Shown here: one piece after another, positions 63,987 to 64,000 of the stretch
Numbering within the stretch: the first letter of the stretch is position 1
Layout: each line of letters starts with the position of its first letter
NCBI RefSeq assembly: GCF_001194135.2
Contig: NC_068988.1
Coordinates: 3,236,406-3,300,405 of the forward strand
Length of the DNA: 64,000 nt
Direction of reading: 5' to 3'
DNA from: Octopus bimaculoides
Lineage: Eukaryota
Program-made: the position numbers and the translations under genes
The notes under the pieces: generated by a model
Database searches by the model: none
The model's input: the letters and a program-made list of their open reading frames with translations, nothing else
What the model was told of the DNA's origin: nothing

Positions 63987-64000
63987 TTTGTTAGAAATGT

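Overview
This is AT-rich animal genomic DNA from a gapped draft assembly with nine N-runs. The repeat landscape (dense (CA)/(TA)/(AAT)/(GAT) microsatellites, several tRNA-headed SINE families, RTE LINE relics, mariner relics) looks like an octopod/coleoid genome; that is inferred from recalled repeat sequences, not from a search. I could not support any intact host protein-coding gene, and most of the supplied ORFs are microsatellite read-throughs or span gaps. Recognisable elements include decayed RTE and R4/Dong-like LINE pieces, a full-length but dead rosa-type (DD41D-like) mariner with both TIRs, and other mariner relics. There is also a decayed Sola-like DDE transposase, more than 30 SINE copies or fragments, and a short interstitial (TTAGGG)n array. 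The most striking signal is a set of minimal type I hammerhead-ribozyme motifs in several unrelated short repeats (22.8, 28.5, 47.4, 51.3, 62.3 and 63.95 kb). Two of them sit in tail-out fold-back structures of the kind associated with Penelope-like retroelements, and one is joined to a tRNA-like head. No ribozyme activity is demonstrated; these are structural calls made by eye.
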